Shown here piece by piece: positions 18,859-28,671 of a stretch of 64,000 nucleotides of DNA. Positions within the stretch are counted from its first letter, which is position 1. Each line of letters opens with the position of its first letter. The stretch spans positions 3,872 through 67,871 of the forward strand of contig JAUHZB010000003.1 of the NCBI GenBank assembly GCA_030426125.1, in the 5' to 3' direction. The DNA is from a bacterium (GTDB lineage Bacteria; Patescibacteriota; Saccharimonadia; Saccharimonadales; AWTP1-31). The notes below the pieces were generated by a model that saw only the letters and a program-made list of their open reading frames with translations, was not told where the DNA came from and made no database searches. A program made the position numbers and the translations under genes.

Positions 18859-20637
18859 TTAATTGCTCATCTCGTAAGCTTTTAGCTTCTTGCTGGTGGC
18901 CTCAGAATGACCATGCTGAAGTTTAAGAAGCTGTGAGTAAATACCACCGCTAGTAGCTAATTTTTCTGGTGTGTCATATTCAGCAATCTTACCATCTCTG
19001 ATGGTGGCAATTTTATCGACGTTCTCGATAGTGCTAAGACGGTGAGCAATAATAATGGTGGTGCGTTGTTTCATTAAACGATTCAAGGCTTGTTGCACCA
19101 AAGCCTCTGACTTGCTGTCTAGACTGCTGGTAGCCTCGTCTAAGACTAATATTGGCGCATCTTTAAGTAAGGCTCTAGCTATAGCAATCCTTTGTTTCTG
19201 ACCACCACTTAGTTTAAGGCCTCTTTCACCAATTTCAGTTTTATAGCCATTATCTAATTTTGCAATAAACTCATCGGCGTTAGCGTCTTTGGCAGCCTGG
19301 ATAATTTGTTTCTGGGTTGCCCCTGAATTACCGTAGCTAATGTTTTCTTCAATCGTACCGCTAAAGAGGGCTGGGTCTTGGAATACTACACCAATATTTG
19401 AGCGTAGACTTTCCTGGGTAACTTCAGATATATCTTGATCGTCTATTAGTATTTTTCCTTGTTGTGGTTCATATAAACGAAGTAGTAAATTTGTTAGAGT
19501 GGTTTTACCTTCACCACTTTCACCAACCAAGGCGATCTTCGAATCTGGTTCGATGTCCAGGCTTATTTTGTTCAAGACTTGGCTATCTTTTTTGTCCTGA
19601 TAACCAAAACTAACTTGCTTGTAACTAATACGGCCTTTTTTTACTTGTAGTAGTTTGGCGTCAGCTTTATCAGCAATATCTGGCTGAATATCCATTACTT
19701 CAAAGTAGTCTTTGCTGTCAGAAATTGCTCTTTGGGTGTTTTCCACTAAAAAGCTAATTGTAAATATTGGAATCCGGATCTGCATGGCATAAAGAATCAA
19801 AGCTACTGCTTCACCAGCTGTTAGTTGACCATTGGCTGCCTGCAGAAATATAAACATGTATACGCCAAAGAATATTACATTTAGCGCCATTCTTCTTTGA
19901 ACGTCTTTAACGTGCCAATATTTAGATTGAGGCTTGGTGTAGTTAACTGCCTTAAACAATTTACTATTAAAGTAGCTAAGTTCACGTTTCTCTTGAATGA
20001 AACTTTTTACAACTTTTACTTGATTAACTGCTTCAGCAAAACGGCCACTGGCAACGTCTTTATTGTGATTAATTTTCTTTTGGTAAGCTTGCCACTTCCC
20101 GCTAGCTTTCACGGTCATGAATATGAAGATTGGGTACAAGCTAAACAACAGTAACGCTACCTGCCAGCTATAGTAGGCTACTATTGCTAATGCAAATACA
20201 GTAGTAAAAATAAATTGCAGGAAGTTATTACTCCACAGTTGCATGAAGCTACTGATTTGGCTTATAGAGCGGTTAAGTCGGTTAATAATCTTCCCTGACA
20301 ATTCAGTGTCAAAGTAGGACTGCGGTAGGGATAATAAATGACTAAAATATCTATCACTGAGTAGTTTTGCTACTTTAACTGACATCTGATCACCTATGTA
20401 GCCGTTAATGTTATTTAGTAGATTACTAGCTATATCACTGGCAAATATTAGGCAGACTATAATTACTAGTCTGGTGACATTGGCATCTGTAGTTAGGCGA
20501 ACCTCATCAATAGCCCAACCACTAAGCAGGGGTTGAGCTAAGCCGACAATAGCCACCAACACTGACAGACAGCTAATTATTATGTAGTAGGCTTTTAGCT
20601 CTTTAGTAAAAGATATTATCTTTAGGATATGACGCAT
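18859..20637 (-). CDS. ABC transporter, fused permease/ATPase (exporter type)
   Basis: 592 aa. 6-TM N-terminal half, Walker A GESGEGKTT, signature LSGGQKQRIAIARA, Walker B ILVLDEATSSLD. Confidence 0.9.
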   Translation of the reverse strand: MRHILKIISFTKELKAYYIIISCLSVLVAIVGLAQPLLSGWAIDEVRLTTDANVTRLVIIVCLIFASDIASNLLNNINGYIGDQMSVKVAKLLSDRYFSHLLSLPQSYFDTELSGKIINRLNRSISQISSFMQLWSNNFLQFIFTTVFALAIVAYYSWQVALLLFSLYPIFIFMTVKASGKWQAYQKKINHNKDVASGRFAEAVNQVKVVKSFIQEKRELSYFNSKLFKAVNYTKPQSKYWHVKDVQRRMALNVIFFGVYMFIFLQAANGQLTAGEAVALILYAMQIRIPIFTISFLVENTQRAISDSKDYFEVMDIQPDIADKADAKLLQVKKGRISYKQVSFGYQDKKDSQVLNKISLDIEPDSKIALVGESGEGKTTLTNLLLRLYEPQQGKILIDDQDISEVTQESLRSNIGVVFQDPALFSGTIEENISYGNSGATQKQIIQAAKDANADEFIAKLDNGYKTEIGERGLKLSGGQKQRIAIARALLKDAPILVLDEATSSLDSKSEALVQQALNRLMKQRTTIIIAHRLSTIENVDKIATIRDGKIAEYDTPEKLATSGGIYSQLLKLQHGHSEATSKKLKAYEMSN

Positions 20638-20640
20638 AAT

Positions 20641-23148
20641 CTATGAATCGGTTTTTTGGATATTATCACTTAGGTATTTGCTAATCTGCTCAGATATAGC
20701 TGTAGCCTGATCACTAGTTAAGGTCTTATCTTTGTTGGACATTGTAATTCTAATGGTGATGTTCTTCGACTTTGCTGATTTCTTATGGAAAATGTCTATT
20801 AACTGGCTACTAATTCTTAGTGGCTGTTTAGCAGCTAACTGCTCAATAACATGCTCGACATATCCAGCTAACAGGCCGTAGCAGTAATCTAGCGGGACTT
20901 CAATCGTGATGTCCTTGGTAGTACTGGGGAACTTAGCTAGTGCTAGATAGCGGTTTAATGAACCGACAGATTCCATTAATTGTTTGTAGTTTATTTCAAA
21001 ACCACTGCAGTTTTCGGGCAGTTTTAGATTTCGAGCTGTGCTACGGTTAAACTCTCCGATCATACCTAGCGTATTTCCACTGTTATGATCAGTTACCAGC
21101 GCTGAGCGTTGCCAATCGAACGGGCTTGCAACCTGGTAGGCTGGCTTTTTGTCTAACTTCTGGTAATGGAAGCTAGTACCTAGTTTTTGGGCAATATGAT
21201 CTAGATAGGCTTTGGCCTGGTAGTAGGCGGACCCCGCCTTAGCTGGGTGTTGCTTGCTATCTGATCCGTAGACTAAACTAAACATCTCCATCTCAATCGG
21301 TAGTCCTTCACTATCTACGCCATGTGACTTAAGATGAGTCTTGTTAATTTCATAAATAACAAACTTCGAGTATCCAGCCTTTATGTTTTGATGCACTCTG
21401 CTCAGCAGGCTAGGTGTTAACGACATTCTGTAATATTGCAACTGAGGACTGAGGGCATTGCTAAGCTTATAAGCTTCGCTAGGGTCCTGTCCGCAGTTGG
21501 TAAGTAGCTTCTCGGAAACAAAACTGTAGCTAAGCACTTCATTCGCGCCCGCAGCTGATAGGATACGGCGTAGATCCTGCTTGAACTGTAGCTCACTGTT
21601 TTTTACTACTGGGCGGATTAATCTACTTGGTAGCTCTACTGGCAATTTAGAGTAGCCATACAGACGACCTATCTCTTCGACGATATCCTCTACTATACTA
21701 ATGTCAGTTCGCCAATACGGTGGGCTGACCGCTAGGCTCTTTTCTTTGACTGCAACACTAAACTCGACATTTTGCAGTAAACTAGCCATCTCGGTAGCTG
21801 AGATATCACTACCTAGTCGCGAATTAACAAAGTCACTGTTTACTTTAATGGCTGGCCAGTGGTCGGCTAACATCTCTGGATTACTATCATAGCCATCGGC
21901 AGCCTTCCCACCAGCATCCTCAACTATGGCCTGCGTTAGCTTAGATAAAACAACAGCATTTTGTAAGCTTGATTGACCCTTGTTGAAGCGAGTAACAGCA
22001 TCAGTAAACAAGCCATGATGCATGCTGCTACGCCTAATGGTATACATATTGAAGTTGGCACATTCGATAATAATATTCTTAGTAGTACTGTCTACTTCAG
22101 TAGCTTTACCGCCCATGATTCCGGCTAGCGCAATTGGTTGTTTGTCGGTAGCTATGACTATATCCTTATCGGTTAGCTCAATAGTCTTGCCAGTTAGCAG
22201 TTGTAGTTTTTCGCCTGTTTTAGCTAGACGTGGGAAAATACTAACTTTTCCTGCGCATAGTTTTTTGACCTTGTCATAATCAAAAGCATGAGTAGGTTGA
22301 GCAGTTAGATGCATGTAGTAATTGGTAAGGTCAACAATGTTGTTTATTGGTTTACTACCAACCGCAATCAGTGAATTTTGAATTTCCTGACTACTAGGTT
22401 TTACTTCAATGCCCTTTACTACCTGCAACGTAAACCGTGGAACCTCACTGGGAATATCATTTTTAGAGTCAAAGCCACTAGCTATTTTTTGCCCAGTAGC
22501 CGTGTACCAGTCTGGGCTTTCAAATTGCTGGTTGTTTATTCCAGCAAGCTCCCGAGCAACACCGAGCATACCAAAACAATCCGGTCGGTGAGTGAACATT
22601 TTATTCTCTAGGTCTATTACCAGGTCGTCTAGTCCATAGGCACTACCAAATAATGCACCGGCTTTAACTTGTTTGTTTTTAGCAGGCACCTCTAATATGC
22701 CTTCGTGCTCATCACTTAAGTCTAGCTCCTTGGGGCTGGCTAGCATTCCATGGCTGGTCTTGCCTCTCAGTTTCTTGGCTTCAAGAACCAGAGGCTTGCC
22801 ACTGAAAGTGCTGGGTACTATCGCTCCAGGCGGTATCCAAGCAGCTAGCATTCCAACTTTAACGTTTGGTGCCCCACAAACAATTTGCACTAAGCCATCA
22901 GCGTTTCGTTTAACGTTTTTAACCTGCTTAGCATCATCGATTAAACATAACGACAGTTTATCTGAATCCGGGTGCTTGACTACTCTTACTAGCTTGACTA
23001 TATATACGTCTTTGTACTTCTGAGCTAGATCTTCAACTTCTTCAACTGCCCCTAACTGCTCGCCAATGCTAGCAATTAGCTGATCAGGACTAATCGCCTT
23101 AAGATCGACATTAGAATACTTTTGGGCCCAGTTTATACTAAACTTCAT
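20641..23148 (-). CDS. pheT: Phenylalanine-tRNA ligase beta subunit
   Basis: 835 aa. N-terminal tRNA-binding domain and B3/4 and B5 regions. 4-nt overlap with pheS. Confidence 0.92.
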   Translation of the reverse strand: MKFSINWAQKYSNVDLKAISPDQLIASIGEQLGAVEEVEDLAQKYKDVYIVKLVRVVKHPDSDKLSLCLIDDAKQVKNVKRNADGLVQIVCGAPNVKVGMLAAWIPPGAIVPSTFSGKPLVLEAKKLRGKTSHGMLASPKELDLSDEHEGILEVPAKNKQVKAGALFGSAYGLDDLVIDLENKMFTHRPDCFGMLGVARELAGINNQQFESPDWYTATGQKIASGFDSKNDIPSEVPRFTLQVVKGIEVKPSSQEIQNSLIAVGSKPINNIVDLTNYYMHLTAQPTHAFDYDKVKKLCAGKVSIFPRLAKTGEKLQLLTGKTIELTDKDIVIATDKQPIALAGIMGGKATEVDSTTKNIIIECANFNMYTIRRSSMHHGLFTDAVTRFNKGQSSLQNAVVLSKLTQAIVEDAGGKAADGYDSNPEMLADHWPAIKVNSDFVNSRLGSDISATEMASLLQNVEFSVAVKEKSLAVSPPYWRTDISIVEDIVEEIGRLYGYSKLPVELPSRLIRPVVKNSELQFKQDLRRILSAAGANEVLSYSFVSEKLLTNCGQDPSEAYKLSNALSPQLQYYRMSLTPSLLSRVHQNIKAGYSKFVIYEINKTHLKSHGVDSEGLPIEMEMFSLVYGSDSKQHPAKAGSAYYQAKAYLDHIAQKLGTSFHYQKLDKKPAYQVASPFDWQRSALVTDHNSGNTLGMIGEFNRSTARNLKLPENCSGFEINYKQLMESVGSLNRYLALAKFPSTTKDITIEVPLDYCYGLLAGYVEHVIEQLAAKQPLRISSQLIDIFHKKSAKSKNITIRITMSNKDKTLTSDQATAISEQISKYLSDNIQKTDS

Positions 23149-24173
23149 GAAAACTGCCTCAAAAATTCTAGTTTTCCTGATTGGAAATGCCGGATATCGT
23201 CAATTTCATACTTCATCATTATTAAGCGCTCAACTCCACAGCCCCAGGCGAAGCCACTATACTCCCGAGGATCGATTCCTGCCTCCTGGAGCACATTAGG
23301 GTGAATCATACCGCAACCGAGTAACTCCAACCATTGATCAGCTTCTGTATCGCCCTTCTTAAGACTGTCCGGCCGCTGGATAGCTAATTCGAAGCTCGGC
23401 TCGGTAAATGGGAAATAGAAAGGTTGTATCTTTGCCTGCAGATCTTGCTTGAAGTATTCACTTAAAAAGGTTCTTAGTGTTGCAATTAGGTTACCAACGG
23501 CAACATCTTTGGCAACATATATACCTTCAAATTGGTAAAAGGTATGCTCATGAGTAGCATCTAAGTCCTCATTACGAAATACTCGATCCGGAATAATGGC
23601 TGCAATTGGCAAACCCTGATCTAAGTTTGGCTTATATTTCTTTAGTAAGCGGTTCTGCATGGTTGAAGTATGAGCTGGAGCGATAAGACCATCCGTAGTC
23701 ATGAAAGTATCGTAATCATCACGGGCTGGGTGGTCATCTGGGAAGTTCAAGCTAGTAAACATATGGTAGTCGTCATCAATTAGGCGGCTAGACTCAACGT
23801 TAAAGCCCATCCGGTAAGCTATGTCACTGATGTAATCAAGTTCAGCAGAGATGGGGTGAATAGAGCCCAAGGAGGCGTTCAAAGTTTTAGGTCTTAGCTC
23901 AGCTGGAACATTTAGATCAAAAGGCGCAGTGACGTCAATTGGGGCTTTGTCGGATTCAGAGCTAACATCATCAAGCCAGGAGGTTACTTCAATCTTCAGT
24001 TTATTAACTTCTTTGCCAAATTCAGCTCGCTTAGAAGGCTCTAGTTTTGGGATTTCGCTAAACAGCTTCTTAATTGTTGGGCTACGTAGTATCGCCGATT
24101 TATCTTTTAGGTCTTTAAATTCTTTTTTTAACGAATCTAAAGCATCAGTAATTTGTGGATCTAAATAAGCCAT
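23145..24173 (-). CDS. pheS: Phenylalanine-tRNA ligase alpha subunit
   Basis: The track ORF extends to 24215; the likely start is Met15 (MAYLDPQITDAL...). Class II motif 2 FRNEDLDATHEHTFYQFEG, motif 3 GFAWGCGVERL. Confidence 0.92.
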   Translation of the reverse strand: MAYLDPQITDALDSLKKEFKDLKDKSAILRSPTIKKLFSEIPKLEPSKRAEFGKEVNKLKIEVTSWLDDVSSESDKAPIDVTAPFDLNVPAELRPKTLNASLGSIHPISAELDYISDIAYRMGFNVESSRLIDDDYHMFTSLNFPDDHPARDDYDTFMTTDGLIAPAHTSTMQNRLLKKYKPNLDQGLPIAAIIPDRVFRNEDLDATHEHTFYQFEGIYVAKDVAVGNLIATLRTFLSEYFKQDLQAKIQPFYFPFTEPSFELAIQRPDSLKKGDTEADQWLELLGCGMIHPNVLQEAGIDPREYSGFAWGCGVERLIMMKYEIDDIRHFQSGKLEFLRQFS

Positions 24174-24292
24174 ATTTATTAGTATTATAGCAGTTAAATG
24201 CTGTGTTCTTAGCAATTCTTTAGTATTTTAATCCAGTATTAGTTAGTGAAGCTTGTATAATATATTGTATTAGCTAAAGACAGGAGCAAATA

Positions 24293-24790
24293 ATGGCCCA
24301 ATTTTCATTTGATGTAGTCAGCGATTATGACAATTCTGAAATTAATAACGTTTTTGATCAGGTTAAACGTGAACTGGCCAACCGCTATGACTTCAAGGGA
24401 ACCAGCGCATCGCTGGAATGGCTAGATAACGATAAATCCGGGCTTAAGGTTATTGGTGATAGCCAGTACCAAATAGAAGCAATACTGGAGATTGTCCGAA
24501 AGACGCTTGCCAAGCGGGGTTTAAGTCAAAAAGTTATAGATGGTAGCAAAGAACCGACCACTAGTAACCTTAAAGTAACCCTAGAAGTTCCGTTTGTGAA
24601 AGGCCTTGGTCAAGACAAAGCTAAAAAGATTACCTCCTGTTTAAAGGCGGATCTCCCGAAACTAAAAACCCAGATTCAGGGAGATGAAGTTAGAGTAAGT
24701 AGCTCTTCAAAAAATGATCTTCAGCAGGCCATTCAACTGCTCAAAGAAAAAGATTTTGACTTCCCTGTCCAGTTCACCAACTTTAGATAA
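24293..24790 (+). CDS. yajQ: YajQ-family nucleotide-binding protein (UPF0234)
   Basis: 165 aa. MAQFSFDVVSDYDNSEINNVFDQVKRELANRYDFKGT. SD AGGAG upstream. Confidence 0.85.
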   Translation: MAQFSFDVVSDYDNSEINNVFDQVKRELANRYDFKGTSASLEWLDNDKSGLKVIGDSQYQIEAILEIVRKTLAKRGLSQKVIDGSKEPTTSNLKVTLEVPFVKGLGQDKAKKITSCLKADLPKLKTQIQGDEVRVSSSSKNDLQQAIQLLKEKDFDFPVQFTNFR

Positions 24791-24845
24791 CTGCCAACGA
24801 AATACATAATAATTAGAATTAGCATAAGCACGCTATACTGTTACT

Positions 24846-26210
24846 ATGACAGAAAAGCAATCACTTGAGGATCAGCTACTAACCGTCCTTAAAAACAACG
24901 ATCAAAAAAGTTTTACCATCCCGGCTGAAGGGCTTTACCCACATCAATGGCTTTGGGACAGTTGTTTTATAGCTATCGGTCTAAGGCATATCAGTATCAG
25001 CCGAGCTCAGACTGAGCTAAAATCACTTATTAGAGGCCAATGGAGCAATGGCATGTTGCCACATATGATCTTCGATAGCTCTCATTGGTACAACAAAGAT
25101 AGTAGTTTATGGCGTAGCCACCTTTCCTTGCACGCTCCAGATAACCTAAATACTAGCGGCATAACCCAGCCGCCAATGCTGGCTGAGGCTATTGTCCAAA
25201 TTGGAGCTAAGCTCAGCAAACCAGAACGACGAACTTGGTATCAGCAAATGTATCCAGCCTTACTTAGCTACCACCGTTGGCTATACAACGAACGAGACCC
25301 TAGTAATGATGGTTTGGTCATCCAGCTTCACCCCTATGAAACAGGGCTAGATAGCACTCCGCCGTGGATAGATCAACTCAATAAACACTACAAGCCGTGG
25401 TGGGCAGTTGTAATTAAAAGCACCAAATTAGACAACCTCATAAACATCATTCGGCGAGACACCCGTCATGCTCCACCGGGGGAGCGCATGGAGACTATGC
25501 AGGCCCTGCTGTATTTTGATGTTATCCGTAAACTACGCAACAAGCGCTACGACATCCACAAAATACTTCGCAAATCCGACTTCGTTATTGCCGATCTCAG
25601 TTTCAACTCCATTTTCCTGCGAGCCAATCAGCATTTAATCGATATTGCTAAAACAATAGGCCGAGACCTACCTAAGGAACTAGTAGCCAAGATTAAGTCT
25701 AGCCAAGATAGTTTTGAGTCTCTTTGGGATGCTTACAGTTCGCAGTACTATTCACGTAACCTGGCTACCAACAAACTCATTAAAGAGCCTAGCATTGCTT
25801 CGCTTATGCCACTGTATTCTGGCTGTATCACTAAAGAAAGAGCAAAGCAATTAGTAGACTCACTGATAGACGAAAAGAAGTTTGCCACCAAGCACCCGAT
25901 ACCTAGCGTCCCCCTTAACTCTAAGTATTTTGACCCTGATCGATATTGGCAAGGCCCGGCTTGGATTAATACAAATTGGCTGATAATCGACGGGCTTAGA
26001 CGCTATGGCTTCGACCAGTATGCCGACATAATAAGTCAAAAATCTATCGAACTAGTCGAGCAAGCAGGTAGTTATGAATACTTTAACCCACTAGATGGCT
26101 CGCCGGCAGGGGCTAGAAACTTCAGCTGGACTGCCGGCTTAACCCTAGATTTAATCAAAACAAAAAAGCCAAATACCAGGAAGACTGTAAGGTCAAAAAA
26201 GGCTAAATAG
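24846..26210 (+). CDS. Glycoside hydrolase, (alpha/alpha)6-barrel (GH63/MGH1- or debranching-enzyme-like)
   Basis: 454 aa. HPYETGLDSTPPW, WQGPAWINTNWLIIDGL, YFNPLDGSPAGARNFSWTA. Confidence 0.55.
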   Translation: MTEKQSLEDQLLTVLKNNDQKSFTIPAEGLYPHQWLWDSCFIAIGLRHISISRAQTELKSLIRGQWSNGMLPHMIFDSSHWYNKDSSLWRSHLSLHAPDNLNTSGITQPPMLAEAIVQIGAKLSKPERRTWYQQMYPALLSYHRWLYNERDPSNDGLVIQLHPYETGLDSTPPWIDQLNKHYKPWWAVVIKSTKLDNLINIIRRDTRHAPPGERMETMQALLYFDVIRKLRNKRYDIHKILRKSDFVIADLSFNSIFLRANQHLIDIAKTIGRDLPKELVAKIKSSQDSFESLWDAYSSQYYSRNLATNKLIKEPSIASLMPLYSGCITKERAKQLVDSLIDEKKFATKHPIPSVPLNSKYFDPDRYWQGPAWINTNWLIIDGLRRYGFDQYADIISQKSIELVEQAGSYEYFNPLDGSPAGARNFSWTAGLTLDLIKTKKPNTRKTVRSKKAK

Positions 26211-26216
26211 GCCTAT

Positions 26217-27425
26217 CTATTTTAATTCTATAGAAATCGGAGCTTCTTCTGCAGATTGGGTTGTTTTGTCGGCTAAGGTTTGAACCTTGTTTAGTTTACG
26301 CTCAATAGTTCGGCTCTTGGTACTAGCGCTGTCGATATTCTTGGTAGCCTGGACTAATTTTTCGCGGGTCTTATCCAGCAGATCACCGAATTTACCAAAC
26401 TCACCCTTTATACCAGTTAGAAGCTCCCAAACCTGTCCAGTTTGCTCAGCTATTGCTAAAGTTCTAAAACCTAACTGGTAACTATTGAGTATAGCAGCTA
26501 TGGTAGTTGGACCGGCTAGGGTAACTCGGTACTCAGTTTGTAACATTTCAAATAGTCCTGGTTCACGTAGTATTTCAGCGAACATCCCTTCAGTTGGTAC
26601 GTATAACACAGCAAAGTCGGTTGTTTTAGGCGGTTTAATGTATTTAGCTTTAATCGATCTAGCTTCAGCCTTAACCCTAGCAATTAACGCTTTTTGGGCA
26701 GATAAACTTGCTGGTTTATCGTCTTTTTCTTGGGCAACTACAAGGCGCTGGTAGTCTTCTAGTGGGAATTTGGCATCTATTGGTAGGTATATATAGCCGT
26801 CCTTACTGCTTTTATCCGGTAGTTTTATAGCAAAATCCACTACTTCACTGCTTCTTGGATCAACCTTAACTTGTTTTTGGTAATGATCTTTAATAAATAC
26901 TTGCTCCAGTAAGCTTTCTAATTGAACCTCGCCCCATGTTCCGCGAGTCTTTACGTTAGTTAATACCCGCTTAAAATCACTAACATCGCTGGCAAGATTC
27001 TGCATCTCGCCCAGTCCTTTATGGACCATCTCTAGTCGATCGCTTACCACCTTAAAGCTTTGAGTTAGTCGTTTTTCTAGCGTACTCTGTAGCTTCTCAT
27101 CAACAGTCGCTCGCATCTTCTCGATCTTGTCGGAATTATCTTTTTGCAGGGCCTGCAGACGAGTTTCGACCGTTTGGCGAACCTGCTCTAATTTTTTATC
27201 GTTTTTCTCGGTTAGTTTATCTAGTTGTTTATCTAAAGATTCACGGCTTTTAGCTATATTGTCGCTTAGTTCCTGACGCAGCTCCTTATTACTGGCGCCA
27301 GCTTCACTTCTACTGCGCATAAATTCATCACGCATAGCCCCATCCAGCCCAGATTTCTTGCCAAATATTAAATATACCAGCAACCCAAGATTAATAATTG
27401 ATACTACTATTACCCCTATTTCCAT
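26217..27425 (-). CDS. rmuC: DNA recombination protein RmuC
   Basis: 402 aa. N-terminal TM, long coiled-coil, C-terminal nuclease-like region FAVLYVPTEGMFAE. Confidence 0.8.
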   Translation of the reverse strand: MEIGVIVVSIINLGLLVYLIFGKKSGLDGAMRDEFMRSRSEAGASNKELRQELSDNIAKSRESLDKQLDKLTEKNDKKLEQVRQTVETRLQALQKDNSDKIEKMRATVDEKLQSTLEKRLTQSFKVVSDRLEMVHKGLGEMQNLASDVSDFKRVLTNVKTRGTWGEVQLESLLEQVFIKDHYQKQVKVDPRSSEVVDFAIKLPDKSSKDGYIYLPIDAKFPLEDYQRLVVAQEKDDKPASLSAQKALIARVKAEARSIKAKYIKPPKTTDFAVLYVPTEGMFAEILREPGLFEMLQTEYRVTLAGPTTIAAILNSYQLGFRTLAIAEQTGQVWELLTGIKGEFGKFGDLLDKTREKLVQATKNIDSASTKSRTIERKLNKVQTLADKTTQSAEEAPISIELK

Positions 27426-27511
27426 ACCTAGTTAGTTTATCATGCTAAGGGTTATATTGATTAATGAAAAGACAATATCGCTAAATTTATTATGTAAAGA
27501 TGTATAGTGAT

Positions 27512-27547
27512 GAAATAAAAGGAACCCCGGTTGATTAACCAGGGTTC
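27512..27547 (-). terminator. Intrinsic terminator-like hairpin plus U-run, minus-strand orientation
   Basis: On the minus strand GAACCCUGG-UUAAUCAA-CCGGGGUUC forms a 9-bp stem (one U-G wobble) followed by CUUUUAUUU. On the plus strand the same position is a C-A mismatch and no U-run follows. Confidence 0.5.
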
Positions 27548-27690
27548 AAGGGAAGCCTCACACTTCCATACTCAGCTTATGCTTTTCTAGTCAATAATGC
27601 AAGTAATTAGCTGTTAAGTTCTGCTATAATTGCATAAATGCTAGTAGCAATTACGTTAGAACGAGGAGAGGAGCACAATAGTAACCAGTA

Positions 27691-28659
27691 ATGGCTGTCT
27701 ATAACTTCTTGATTGTATTTATTCTAATAGCAATTTCTGCGCTTTGTTCAGGCTTAAATGTAGCCCTAATGTCACTAGACCCCAATGATTTAAGACGTAA
27801 AGCTAAGTCAGGAAATAAAGCTGCTAAACGGGTGATCGGTTTTCGAAAAGCAGTTCACCTTAGCCTAGCCAGCATTCTACTAACCAACGTTGCCGTTATA
27901 TCTGCCACTTCTATAGTTCTAAGCAGTGTAACTGGTGGATTAATTGCAGGTATTATCAGCACCCTATTAATAGTAGTTTTTGGAGAGGTAATCCCACAGG
28001 CGATGTTCACCAAACACGCGCTTAGGTTTATGTCGCGTTTCGCACCTTTGCTCAAGCTCATGATAATCCTAACTTACCCAATATCTAAACCACTTCAACT
28101 ACTACTGGATAAGCTACTCGGGCATGAGGTTAACCTGCTGCACAGTCGCCTAGAGCTTGGTGTCATGATAGATGAACACCTAGAGTACACAGATAGCGAG
28201 CTTGATGAAGACGAAGTAGAAATTATGCGTGGTGCCCTGTCACTAAGTGAAAAGCGAGTCCGTGACATCATGACCCCGCTAAAGAGTGTCTACTACCTTA
28301 GTCCTGAGCTAGTAATAGACGACAAGCGAATTGATGAGATTAAAGACAAAGCCTACAGTCGAATACCGGTACTAAGTAAAGATAAGAAAATAGCTTTTGG
28401 GATACTACTAATGAAAGATTTAGTAGATATAGATTTCGATAACAACCCTAGAAAGGTATCAGAATTCAAACTATACCCATCTAAACCAGTCGGCTCTATG
28501 ACCGCTCTAGATACTCTGTTTAGAATGTTTATTGGTAGGCGTAGCCAACTAATGCCAGTCGAGAAATCTGGCAAGATTGTTGGTATTGTAACTATTGAGG
28601 ATCTAATAGAAGAAATTATCGGGCATGAGATCGTCGATGAAACCGATCAGAATGGTTAG
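27691..28659 (+). CDS. CNNM/CorC-type transporter-associated protein (DUF21 plus CBS pair)
   Basis: 322 aa. 4 TM N-terminal DUF21-like region, CBS region, GIVTIEDLIEEIIGHEIVDETD. Confidence 0.8.
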   Translation: MAVYNFLIVFILIAISALCSGLNVALMSLDPNDLRRKAKSGNKAAKRVIGFRKAVHLSLASILLTNVAVISATSIVLSSVTGGLIAGIISTLLIVVFGEVIPQAMFTKHALRFMSRFAPLLKLMIILTYPISKPLQLLLDKLLGHEVNLLHSRLELGVMIDEHLEYTDSELDEDEVEIMRGALSLSEKRVRDIMTPLKSVYYLSPELVIDDKRIDEIKDKAYSRIPVLSKDKKIAFGILLMKDLVDIDFDNNPRKVSEFKLYPSKPVGSMTALDTLFRMFIGRRSQLMPVEKSGKIVGIVTIEDLIEEIIGHEIVDETDQNG

Positions 28660-28671
28660 TAGTAATACATC

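Noticed and set aside
27539-27570. Possible SRP (4.5S) RNA because of CCAGGG...GGAAGC sequence
   Set aside because: It lacks the conserved helix-8 symmetric-loop and GNRA tetraloop arrangement, and the surrounding sequence does not fold into a long helix.
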